A stretch of 64,000 nucleotides of DNA, from contig JAZSBR010000033.1 in NCBI GenBank assembly GCA_045602545.1, positions 14,645 to 78,644 of the forward strand, read 5' to 3'. Within the stretch, counting starts at the first letter, position 1. Each line of letters begins with the position of its first letter. This stretch comes from Alphaproteobacteria bacterium (lineage in GTDB: Bacteria > Pseudomonadota > Alphaproteobacteria > RF32 > CAG-239). Below are positions 8,582 through 16,774 of the stretch, in pieces. The notes beneath the pieces are model-generated. The model worked only from the letters and a program-made list of their open reading frames with translations. It was not told the DNA's origin and searched no databases. The translations under genes were made by a program, and so were the position numbers.

Positions 8582-9729
8582 AATATTATCTGATTGCCGG
8601 TGAACCTTCCGGCGATGCATTGGGTTTCAAACTCATGCAAGCGTTAAAGGCCAAAGATAAAAAAGCCGAATTTGTCGGCATCGGCGGAGATTCCATGCAA
8701 TCTGCCGGCTTGAAATCGCTCTTTGATATCAGCGATTTGGCGATTATGGGTTTGGCTGAAGTAATTCCGAGCATTCCGCGCGTTTTGCGCCGTATCAGCG
8801 AAACCATTGAAGATATAAAAGCGCAAAATCCTGATGCCGTAATCAGCATAGACAGCTGGAGTTTTTGTGCGCGCATACACAAAAAATTGCGCAAACTAAA
8901 CCTCGGAATAAAGCAGATTCACTATGTTGCACCGCAAGTTTGGGCTTGGAAGAAAAAACGCGCCCGCACGATGTATAAATATATTGACCATTTGCTCACT
9001 CTATTCCCGCAAGAGCCGAAATACTTTACGCCCTACAATTTGCCGGCAACCTTTGTCGGCCATCCGGTGATTGAAAGTGAAATTGTCAACGGCGAAAAAA
9101 GTGATTTCAAAAAGCGCCACAAAATCCGTGAAAACTCAAAAATTATGCTGGTTCTCCCCGGTTCACGCCATAATGAGGTTGAGCGCCTGCTGCCCACATT
9201 TTTAGAGGTTGTGAAAAATGTTAAGGCAAAACATAAAGACTTTTCGTTTGTTGTTCCGACTGTCAGCACGGTGGCAAAAAAAGTCAAGGATATGGTAAAA
9301 GAATCCGGTCTGCCGATTATTGTGGTTGAGGGACAAAAAGAACGTCACGATGCCTTCAAAGAAGCCGAGGTTGCCATCGCCGCTTCGGGTACGGTGGCGC
9401 TGGAGCTGGCGATTGTTGACATTCCGCACATCATCGCTTATAAAGTGCCGAAACTTACCGAATGGATTGCGCGCCATTTCATTCATATTCAGTTTGTGAA
9501 TTTAACTAATATTCTGCTCGGACGCGAGGTTGTCCCTGAGCTTTTGCAAGATGATTGCAACCCGCAAAACATTGAACAATATGTTGAACAATTTATTGCA
9601 AAAAAAGACCTCTATAAGCACCAAATGGCAGGCTTTAAGGATGTGCGCAAGGTTCTGGGATTCGGCAAACAAACGCCAAGCCAAACGGCAGCCAAAACCA
9701 TTATTGAGGTAATCAAAAACAAAAAATGA
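8578..9729 (+). CDS. lpxB: lipid-A-disaccharide synthase LpxB
   Basis: 383 aa; MKYYLIAGEPSGDALG N-terminus and overall GT19 family sequence. Confidence 0.85.
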   Translation: MKYYLIAGEPSGDALGFKLMQALKAKDKKAEFVGIGGDSMQSAGLKSLFDISDLAIMGLAEVIPSIPRVLRRISETIEDIKAQNPDAVISIDSWSFCARIHKKLRKLNLGIKQIHYVAPQVWAWKKKRARTMYKYIDHLLTLFPQEPKYFTPYNLPATFVGHPVIESEIVNGEKSDFKKRHKIRENSKIMLVLPGSRHNEVERLLPTFLEVVKNVKAKHKDFSFVVPTVSTVAKKVKDMVKESGLPIIVVEGQKERHDAFKEAEVAIAASGTVALELAIVDIPHIIAYKVPKLTEWIARHFIHIQFVNLTNILLGREVVPELLQDDCNPQNIEQYVEQFIAKKDLYKHQMAGFKDVRKVLGFGKQTPSQTAAKTIIEVIKNKK

Positions 9730-11747
9730 TTCGCCGTTTTTTGCACAGCATTTACCTTAATTTCACGGAAGAGCAATCTCGCCATTTTGCGCTTGTGCCG
9801 ATTTTTTTCGCACTCGGAATCGGGCTTTATTTTTCTCTTTCTTTTGAACCGCAATATTGGGTTTGCCTTGTTGTTATTGAAGCTTTGCTACTGATTTTTT
9901 ATTTTGCCCGCCATAAAGAGGCGCTTCATTTACCTTTATTTGCTTTGTTTTTAATAACTTTAGGATTTGCCGATGCTCAGCTTCATACGCTTTATCAAAG
10001 TCGGCGCATTGAAAAAATCAGCGATGTTGCAACCTACATTTCCGGTCGGGTTATTGATATTTCGCAAAGCGCAAAAGGCAAAACGCGCTATACTTTAGAT
10101 AATGCTTTTGATTTTGAAAAACCGCTGAAGGGCAATTTTCGCCTTACTTCAATGGCAAAAAATAATGATTTTGCCGTCGGCGATTGTGTTGAAACGGCGG
10201 CAAAACTTCTCGAAGCATCGCCTATACCGCTCAAAAATTCTTTTGATTTGAACCGAAAATATTTTTTTGAAGGCTTGAGTGCAACCGGCTATACTTTGGG
10301 CGATACGTTTAAGATATCTTGCCCCGAAAACATAAAAAAATCTTCCGTTTTAACGGCAATAAATTCCTTTCGCCACAAAACCGCCGAACACATAAATTCC
10401 GTTCTTCCGATTGATGAAGCAGGAGTGATTGATGCCGTTTTAATCGGCGAAAAAAGCTATATTCCGCAGAATATTGTCGACAATTATCGCAACTCCGGAC
10501 TTGCGCATTTTTTGGCTGTTTCAGGTTTGCATTTAGGAACAATCGCCGGACTTGTGTTTTTTCTGGTGCGTTGGCTGGTTTCATTTTTTCCCAAAATTGT
10601 TTTGCGTTATGAAAGCAAAAAAATCGCCGCACTTTTTGCCATTCTTTTTGCTTTTATTTATCTGCTGATTTCCGGCATGGCAATTCCGGCGGAGCGCGCC
10701 TTTATTATGACCACAACCGTTTTAGTCGGCGTGATTTTTAATCGTCAGGCCATATCTTTGCGCATGGTAAGCTTTGCCGCTTTGATGGTGCTGATAATTT
10801 CGCCGTCGGCACTGGTTTCGGTAAGTTTTCAAATGTCGTTTGCCGCCGTCACGGCTTTAGTGGTTTTTTATGAAAAATTCGCCGCCAAAATTTCAGCTTG
10901 GAGTTATGACAAGGGCGTCATCACAAAGTTTTTATATTACCTTATCGGGGTGGTTATTTGTGATTTTGTGGCAAGTCTTGCAACCTCTCCGTTTGCGGTT
11001 TATCATTTTCAGCGCCTTGCGATATACACAAGCTTGGGCAATCTTTTAGCCGGTCCGTTGATTGCTTTCTGGCTGATGCCGACAATTTTGCTGTGCCTTG
11101 TATCATTGCCTTTCGGAGCGTTAATTTATCCGCTGAAATTATTGGGCTATGGCATTGCAATATTAAATCGCATAACCGCCTATGTTTCCGCTTTACCGGG
11201 GAGTGTTTTGTATGTTCATTCTTTAGATTTCAGCGGATTTATGTTGATTGTCTCAGGCGCAATTTGGCTGTGCTTATGGCAAAAGAATTGGCGTTATTTC
11301 GGGCTTGTTGCCATCATGGCAGGCTGTCTGACGATGTTTTTTAAGCCCGTTCCCGATGCAATCATCTCATTTAACGGAGAAGGCGTTGCTTTGCGCGCGC
11401 AAAACGGCGAGATGATTTTGGCTCCGCTCGCTAAAGCTGATAATTGGACCAAAACCATCTGGCAAGAAAATTTTGGCTTAAAAATTCCCGATAAAAAAGA
11501 AAAAAAATATTTTCAAAAAATCTTTACCGGCAAAGAAAATCCGCAAGATTTTATTGATATAAAATGTGATAAAAACAAAAATTGCTTGTATAAGAATGCG
11601 CTTAAATTGAATGCTGACGGCACCATCTTTTTACAAGATAAAATGATAGATAAAAAATTCGGCGCTTATATTTATTTTGATGGCGACAAAACATCTTTTG
11701 AACCGCTGTTATCTCCGACTTGCCGTCCGTGGCAAATTTGCAAATAA
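9726..11747 (+). CDS. comEC: ComEC/Rec2 family competence membrane protein
   Basis: 673 aa polytopic membrane protein; HFLAVSGLHLG competence-domain motif; start overlaps the lpxB stop. Confidence 0.7.
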   Translation: MIRRFLHSIYLNFTEEQSRHFALVPIFFALGIGLYFSLSFEPQYWVCLVVIEALLLIFYFARHKEALHLPLFALFLITLGFADAQLHTLYQSRRIEKISDVATYISGRVIDISQSAKGKTRYTLDNAFDFEKPLKGNFRLTSMAKNNDFAVGDCVETAAKLLEASPIPLKNSFDLNRKYFFEGLSATGYTLGDTFKISCPENIKKSSVLTAINSFRHKTAEHINSVLPIDEAGVIDAVLIGEKSYIPQNIVDNYRNSGLAHFLAVSGLHLGTIAGLVFFLVRWLVSFFPKIVLRYESKKIAALFAILFAFIYLLISGMAIPAERAFIMTTTVLVGVIFNRQAISLRMVSFAALMVLIISPSALVSVSFQMSFAAVTALVVFYEKFAAKISAWSYDKGVITKFLYYLIGVVICDFVASLATSPFAVYHFQRLAIYTSLGNLLAGPLIAFWLMPTILLCLVSLPFGALIYPLKLLGYGIAILNRITAYVSALPGSVLYVHSLDFSGFMLIVSGAIWLCLWQKNWRYFGLVAIMAGCLTMFFKPVPDAIISFNGEGVALRAQNGEMILAPLAKADNWTKTIWQENFGLKIPDKKEKKYFQKIFTGKENPQDFIDIKCDKNKNCLYKNALKLNADGTIFLQDKMIDKKFGAYIYFDGDKTSFEPLLSPTCRPWQICK

Positions 11748-11770
11748 AAACTATAAAATGTACTTTTTCT

Positions 11771-12077
11771 TTGACATCTGCTATTTTTTTTGCTAGTGTA
11801 ATATAAGAATGGCGGATACGCCGTTTTAAGAAACTTCGGTTTCGGGGCTGTAGCAGGCTCTTTGTCGATAGAGGTGCATTATTCAGTGTCCCTCTTGGAT
11901 GCTGTTTTTTTGTACCCAAAATCCCCGCATTGGTTGGGGAGATTATAGCGTATGTACAGGCTTTTTTAAAGCTAAAGGCTATAATAGTCATTACTATCGA
12001 CATGATTTGCTAACTCCCCGATCGCCTGCAATACCGGCGGTCTTTGAGTTTTAAAAGTTTTAAGAAAGGACAATGAT
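11771..12077 (+). promoter_or_regulatory. Type A conserved structured 5' leader, copy 2 (candidate promoter TTGACA-N17-TAGTGT at 11771-11799)
   Basis: Paralogous to 1546..1848; see copy 1. Confidence 0.55.
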
Positions 12078-12959
12078 ATGAAAAAGAAATTTAATAATGA
12101 ACACACGCCTAAATCAAGCGAGAATTGCGATAAATATTCCAAGAGTGTTTCGGTGGAAAAATTGTTGCAAATATCGCCTGTATTAAGGTTGGTAAAAGTT
12201 CTTGGTTTAGCGGCGGTTTTATCTTTAAATATAGTGAGCGAATCGCTGGCAGATTGCGAAAGACCAACCAATGGAATATGCAAAACACTTGGAGAAAAAG
12301 GCACTTGCGGCGAGGGTTGTTCTTATACTTATGATTCAGCTACGCAAACTGTTTACATAACCGCTACCGGTGATAATGCAAAAATTGCAGGAGCGGCTTT
12401 TCATAATTATTATTATGAAAATAATAGTATGCCGGCTCAAACTTTTATTATTAATGGTGCTATAAAAATCGGCAGTAATGCATTTAATTCACCCCAAAGA
12501 AAACTTATATCGGGAGCCGGAGGAGCATTGATTTTAACCGGAGTCAATCATGACGCATTCGGAAATGACACAACTTTATCAGGCACCATAATTATTCCGG
12601 AAGGAACAGAATTCGCTCCTCTTGCCTTTTACGGCGTAACTTTGGCAGATAATGCTAAAATATATTGCGGTGTAGAAGATTGCAAACAAAAAATGATTGA
12701 TTCTTGCAATGCTTGGGGACGTAATGAAAACGGAAATGTAACAAGTTGTCTTAATGCCGTGAACAATATGGGCAATAAATTACTTCCATATCCTGAAAAT
12801 TGCCTAAAGGTGGGAGCAATGGGTTGCACAAAGTGCAAAAATTCAAATTTCAAATTAAATGACGGCGAATGTGACAGACTGCGCTACACCCCTGCCGAGG
12901 CGGCTGAGGTTTTGCATAACGACAACACAAATTCGGTGACGATTACTTTCAAAAAATAA
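12078..12959 (+). CDS. secreted BspA-type LRR protein with conserved C-terminal domain (family member 3) and a conserved N-terminal pre-signal extension
   Basis: ATG 12078 with AAAGGA RBS; N-terminus MKKKFNNEHTPKSSENCDKYSKSVSVEKL matches the N-terminus of 6159..7427; signal-like VKVLGLAAVLSLNIVSESLA follows; C-terminus CTKCKNSNFKLNDGECDRLRYTPAEAAEVLHNDNTNSVTITFKK. Confidence 0.7.
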   Translation: MKKKFNNEHTPKSSENCDKYSKSVSVEKLLQISPVLRLVKVLGLAAVLSLNIVSESLADCERPTNGICKTLGEKGTCGEGCSYTYDSATQTVYITATGDNAKIAGAAFHNYYYENNSMPAQTFIINGAIKIGSNAFNSPQRKLISGAGGALILTGVNHDAFGNDTTLSGTIIIPEGTEFAPLAFYGVTLADNAKIYCGVEDCKQKMIDSCNAWGRNENGNVTSCLNAVNNMGNKLLPYPENCLKVGAMGCTKCKNSNFKLNDGECDRLRYTPAEAAEVLHNDNTNSVTITFKK

Positions 12960-12974
12960 TGCTCTTGAATTTTA

Positions 12975-13010
12975 TAAAAGCCCATCATCAGATGGGCTTT
13001 ACTTTTTTCA
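12975..13010. terminator. bidirectional intrinsic terminator hairpin (aaagcccatcatcagatgggcttt + T-run)
   Basis: Perfect 10-bp stem between convergent genes 12078..12959 (+) and 13026..13679 (-). Confidence 0.5.
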
Positions 13011-13025
13011 TCATAAACATAGTTT

Positions 13026-13679
13026 TTAATTAAACAAATCCCAGCGTCCGTGCTTAATGCCTTCAGCCTCTTGCTTTTTGACTTCTTCTTCAAATTTTTG
13101 TTGTTCTTCGGCCTTCTTTTTCTCTTCTTCCATTTGTTTGTTATCAAACTCAATAATTTTCTTTTCACGCTCAACTTGTTGCTGGACATTTCCGGCCAAA
13201 ACATCATATTTATCGCGATAGTTCTTTTGCTCTTTGCGCAATTCTTCAAAAACAGCCAACTGCTCGGCGTTAAGCAAACCCTTAAACTTTTCCAAACTCT
13301 GTTGTTCCAGTTCACGCGATTGGTCCCTAAGCATATAAATTGATTTCAAGAGAGATTCGCGCTTCAATCTGTCTTCTTCGCTGAATTTTTTAGCCTGATC
13401 AAGCTGATCCAAGCTCAAATCCATACGCTGGGTAAAAAAGCTGAGTGAATAGTTATTATCGGCAATTTCTTGTTTTGCTTTTGCTTCCGGAGTTAAGAAA
13501 ACTTCATTTTGCGGTTCTTGAACTTCATTTTCATTGTCAGTATTTTTTGTTTCAATCACAACAACTTCCTTTTGCTCTTCAACAACAGGCGCTGTTTGAT
13601 TTTGTTCGGCAACTTGTGCCGAGGCGTTTGCCATAATCACCAATGATAAAGCTACTGTCCACAAAGCAATATTTTTCAT
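13026..13679 (-). CDS. secreted coiled-coil protein, possibly LTXXQ/Spy-like periplasmic protein
   Basis: 217 aa; signal peptide MKNIALWTVALSLVIMANASA; Glu/Lys-rich helical repeats. Confidence 0.45.
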   Translation of the reverse strand: MKNIALWTVALSLVIMANASAQVAEQNQTAPVVEEQKEVVVIETKNTDNENEVQEPQNEVFLTPEAKAKQEIADNNYSLSFFTQRMDLSLDQLDQAKKFSEEDRLKRESLLKSIYMLRDQSRELEQQSLEKFKGLLNAEQLAVFEELRKEQKNYRDKYDVLAGNVQQQVEREKKIIEFDNKQMEEEKKKAEEQQKFEEEVKKQEAEGIKHGRWDLFN

Positions 13680-13752
13680 TAAAAATCTCCTGTAAAATAA
13701 CCTTTTGACCGAATTTTATACTTTAAAATCCTAAATTTCAACCATTTTATGT

Positions 13753-14151
13753 TTAATAGACGCGCATTTTTTTGCGGCTCGGTTTATCTTCGCCTTTATG
13801 CTCGTTATGCTGTTTTTTGAGTTGGTAGCGATACATATCAAACTTCACTTTTTGTTTTTCCGATAAAATATTTCTGATTTGTTCATCATTTTCTTCCGCC
13901 AAAGCCGCCATTTCATGATGAATGGTGTCAAGTTCCATCAAAAGAATGTTCATTTTTTCCTGATTTTGATTTCTGATATTTTTCACCTGCTCACTTTGAA
14001 AAGCCGTCAGCTTAACCTTTTTTTCCCAATCATGATTATAAAGCGACGGATATTTATCTTCCAAAGACTTTGCTTGCGCGCAAGAAAGCACCGCAAAAAA
14101 AGCAAATACAAATGCGAAAAATTTACTTAAATTCATCTTATACCCTTTCAA
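13753..14151 (-). CDS. periplasmic LTXXQ-motif protein (Spy/CpxP-like)
   Basis: 132 aa; signal peptide; LTAFQSEQVKNIRNQ... LTXXQ motif. Confidence 0.45.
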   Translation of the reverse strand: MKGYKMNLSKFFAFVFAFFAVLSCAQAKSLEDKYPSLYNHDWEKKVKLTAFQSEQVKNIRNQNQEKMNILLMELDTIHHEMAALAEENDEQIRNILSEKQKVKFDMYRYQLKKQHNEHKGEDKPSRKKMRVY

Positions 14152-14249
14152 AAAAACAAGTGCATTATACTGCCCAAAGCTTAAAATTTAAATAAAATAT
14201 TGCATAAATTTTCCGTTCCTTTTATAATGCGAGCCTGAAAGGAATTAAA

Positions 14250-15035
14250 ATGCGTTTTTTATATTGCGGAGATGTGGTTGCGCGCCCGGGACGTGAAGTT
14301 GTTTATAAAAATATGGCGCGCCTAAAAGAAGAATATAAACTTGATGTGATGATAGTTAATGTTGAAAATGCCGCACACGGTTTCGGCATAACAAGCGGAA
14401 TTGCGCGCGAATTTTTGGAAAAAGGCGCTGATGTTCTGGTTACCGGTAATCATTTTTTGAGCCAGAAAGATATTGCAAAATTTTTAGATGAGTGCAAGGT
14501 AATTATCAGGCCGGCGAATATTCCGCTCGGCAATGTCGGACGCGGATTTTGTGAATTTGAACTTGCCGACGGGCGCAAAATTGTGGTGATACAGGTTTTG
14601 GGGCGCTTATATATGGAAGCCGTTGATTGTCCGGTGCAAGCGGTTGATAATATTTTGAAAAATTATCATATGGGGAAGAATTGCTCGGCAATTTTGGTTG
14701 ATATTCATGCCGAAGCAACTTCGGAAAAACTTTCGCTCGGTTATTATCTTGACGGCAAAGTGTCTTGCGTTGCCGGAACTCATACGCATGTTCCGACAGC
14801 CGATGCCCGAATTTTGCCGCAAAAAACCGCTTATATAACCGATGTCGGCATGTGCGGAGATTATAATTCGATTTTGGGTTTTGAAACAGAAGCGCCGATA
14901 AATCGCCTGCGCCGTCATTACAGTGATGACCGTTTGACGCCGGCAAAGGGCAATGGTACGCTTTATGGAATTATTGTTGAAACGGATGATTCCACCGGCT
15001 TGGCAAAATCAATCACGCAAATAAAGTGCGACTGA
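14250..15035 (+). CDS. ymdB: YmdB-family metallophosphoesterase (2',3'-cyclic-nucleotide phosphodiesterase-like)
   Basis: MRFLYCGDVVARPGREVV...VNVENAAHGFGIT closely parallels the B. subtilis YmdB N-terminus (MRILFIGDVVGSPGR...INGENAAHGKG). Confidence 0.7.
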   Translation: MRFLYCGDVVARPGREVVYKNMARLKEEYKLDVMIVNVENAAHGFGITSGIAREFLEKGADVLVTGNHFLSQKDIAKFLDECKVIIRPANIPLGNVGRGFCEFELADGRKIVVIQVLGRLYMEAVDCPVQAVDNILKNYHMGKNCSAILVDIHAEATSEKLSLGYYLDGKVSCVAGTHTHVPTADARILPQKTAYITDVGMCGDYNSILGFETEAPINRLRRHYSDDRLTPAKGNGTLYGIIVETDDSTGLAKSITQIKCD

Positions 15036-15087
15036 TTATATTTGTCCTTTAAGGCAAAATCGATTGCAATAAAATATAGGTTAATTA

Positions 15088-15122
15088 CCCCAATGTTTCA
15101 CGTGAAACATTGGGGTAAGTGC
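15088..15122. terminator. perfect palindromic hairpin (ccccaatgtttcacgtgaaacattgggg), bidirectional terminator between convergent genes
   Basis: 12-bp perfect stem with 4-nt loop between ymdB (+) and the family gene (-). Confidence 0.5.
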
Positions 15123-15164
15123 TTGATTTTTCACAATATTATTGTCATTGTCATAAGATTTTTC

Positions 15165-16463
15165 TTATTTTTTGAAGGTTATCGTCACCTCGTTTGTGTT
15201 GTCATCTTTCAGCACCTCCGCCGCCTCGGCAGGAGTATAAATTTTGCGCAAGCACCAACCGTCATCTTCAAGCTTAAAACTGGCACTTTTGCATTTTGTG
15301 CATTTAAGATTAGCTTCCAGTTTTTCACAACCGTCAGGATAAACACTGAATTTTTTGGAAAGACTATTAAGACTCTGAAAGCAGGCTTCATTATTACTAC
15401 TTTCTTCGCAACCTTTCTTTGCCATATCATAACATGCTTTGGCACCGGAGGCACAATAGATTTTGCCGGTTATATTACTTACATTTACAGCAAAGTATTT
15501 AATACTATCAACAGAATCGGGAATAATAATATTTCCATCTATATTTGAACTTCCCAAAACCCAACCAGGCATCGTTTGCATATTTTCCGATATTATCACA
15601 TCTCCTTTGATATTTGCCCTTTCTAAAGAAGTAACCAATGGATTATTTAAATAAACATCACCATTTAAGGTTACACGATTGTTGCCATAAGTAGAATAAC
15701 TTCCAATATTATTAAATACAAATTTCCCGTTTGCGTTCAAAATTTGCGCTCCGGAATTGGCAAACGCATAATTTCCGATATTTTCAAAATCGTTATCTAA
15801 GACAATGTTTTGCAAGGGAATGACCTTATTTTGGGCGTCTTTAACCTGATTATCAGCGTAATAATATGGTGAAAATGCGCCATCGCGAATCGAGGCAGAC
15901 TTGGATATATCAGTTTTATATATATGCAAAACCTGTTGTCCGTTTTCATTAATAACTCTGTATGAACAATTGTCTCCGCAGGAATTGTTACCATTTGCAT
16001 CGGATAGTTTTTCAATGCAAGTGACTGTATAACCATGTCCTTCCTTGCAAACGGGTGTTTCTTCATCTGCTCGCGATTCGCCGGTGGTGATGAGGGTGAA
16101 AATGAGGGCAAGCGCCGGAATCGTCATTCTGAGTTGAGTTTTAGCGAAACGAAGAATCCACGGATTTAATATGAAGCGGCGTTTGTGTGCCTTACGGCAC
16201 GACGCCGGAGCGGAGATTCCTTGAGCGCCTGACGCACCGCGCAGGCGCAGGAATGACAGTACCTTTTCTGTCATCTTGAGCCTCGAGACGTTAGGCGAGC
16301 GGGCGTAAAGATCTCTTTTTGCAGAAACGCGGTATGCTTTTTGCTCCATATTTTTAACACAATCTCTACACTTGCAACATGAGATCTTGACGGGGATTTC
16401 GCTTGCGCTCAACCCCTCAAGATGACGGCAGATTATTTTTTCATTATTCTTAATTTCAAACAT
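15165..16463 (-). CDS. secreted BspA-type LRR protein with conserved C-terminal domain (family member 4); 5' region carries an in-frame GC-rich palindromic insert
   Basis: ATG 16463 with AAAGGA RBS; alternative internal start MTIPALALIFTLITTGESRA at 16127; LRR_5 repeats; C-terminus CTKCKSASFKLEDDGWCLRKIYTPAEAAEVLKDDNTNEVTITFKK. Confidence 0.65.
   Translation of the reverse strand: MFEIKNNEKIICRHLEGLSASEIPVKISCCKCRDCVKNMEQKAYRVSAKRDLYARSPNVSRLKMTEKVLSFLRLRGASGAQGISAPASCRKAHKRRFILNPWILRFAKTQLRMTIPALALIFTLITTGESRADEETPVCKEGHGYTVTCIEKLSDANGNNSCGDNCSYRVINENGQQVLHIYKTDISKSASIRDGAFSPYYYADNQVKDAQNKVIPLQNIVLDNDFENIGNYAFANSGAQILNANGKFVFNNIGSYSTYGNNRVTLNGDVYLNNPLVTSLERANIKGDVIISENMQTMPGWVLGSSNIDGNIIIPDSVDSIKYFAVNVSNITGKIYCASGAKACYDMAKKGCEESSNNEACFQSLNSLSKKFSVYPDGCEKLEANLKCTKCKSASFKLEDDGWCLRKIYTPAEAAEVLKDDNTNEVTITFKK
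16121..16437. repeat. GC-rich palindromic insertion element (RPE- or MITE-like) within the 5' coding region of the family gene
   Basis: Local GC far above flanks (gccttacggcacgacgccggagcggag...gcgcaggcgcagg); imperfect terminal inverted repeats cgtcattctgag (16122-) and ctcaagatgacgg (-16437); internal hairpins such as tgacagtaccttttctgtca; same relative position and TIR core (cgtcatt) as the 7053..7194 element. Confidence 0.45.
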
Positions 16464-16469
16464 TTGAAC

Positions 16470-16745
16470 ATTCCTTTTCTTAAAAAATTATACCACTTAA
16501 GCATAAAAGAAAATCGCCCAAAAAGGCGACTGGAAGCAGAAAACTATACAGATTAGATAGTGTGATTTATTCGCAAACCGAAGGGTTTCTTATTTCATCA
16601 CCTTCCAGCCATACGAATATGACTGAAAATAAAACTATCCCTACAAAAGGACAAATCTGTCTGAGGTTTTCTGACCTCCGAGCCTTTTATGCTCAATTAA
16701 AATGCTAGCAAAAAAATTTTGCTTTGTAAAGAGAAAAGTTAGAAA
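16470..16745 (-). promoter_or_regulatory. Type B conserved structured 5' leader, copy 2, with sigma70-like promoter TTTACA-N17-TAGCAT (complement 16702..16730)
   Basis: Paralogous to 7440..7680 and 29790..30000; terminal stem agcataaaag...cttttatgct. Confidence 0.55.
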
Positions 16746-16774
16746 AACAAATTTCAAATTAAAAAACAGTAGCG

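Noticed and set aside
16470-16745. Type B element considered as an independent ncRNA gene such as tmRNA, RNase P or 6S
   Set aside because: Three copies, always directly upstream and co-oriented with a protein gene and carrying a promoter at their 5' end; none of the conserved motifs of tmRNA, RNase P or SRP seen. A cis-leader or MITE explanation fits better
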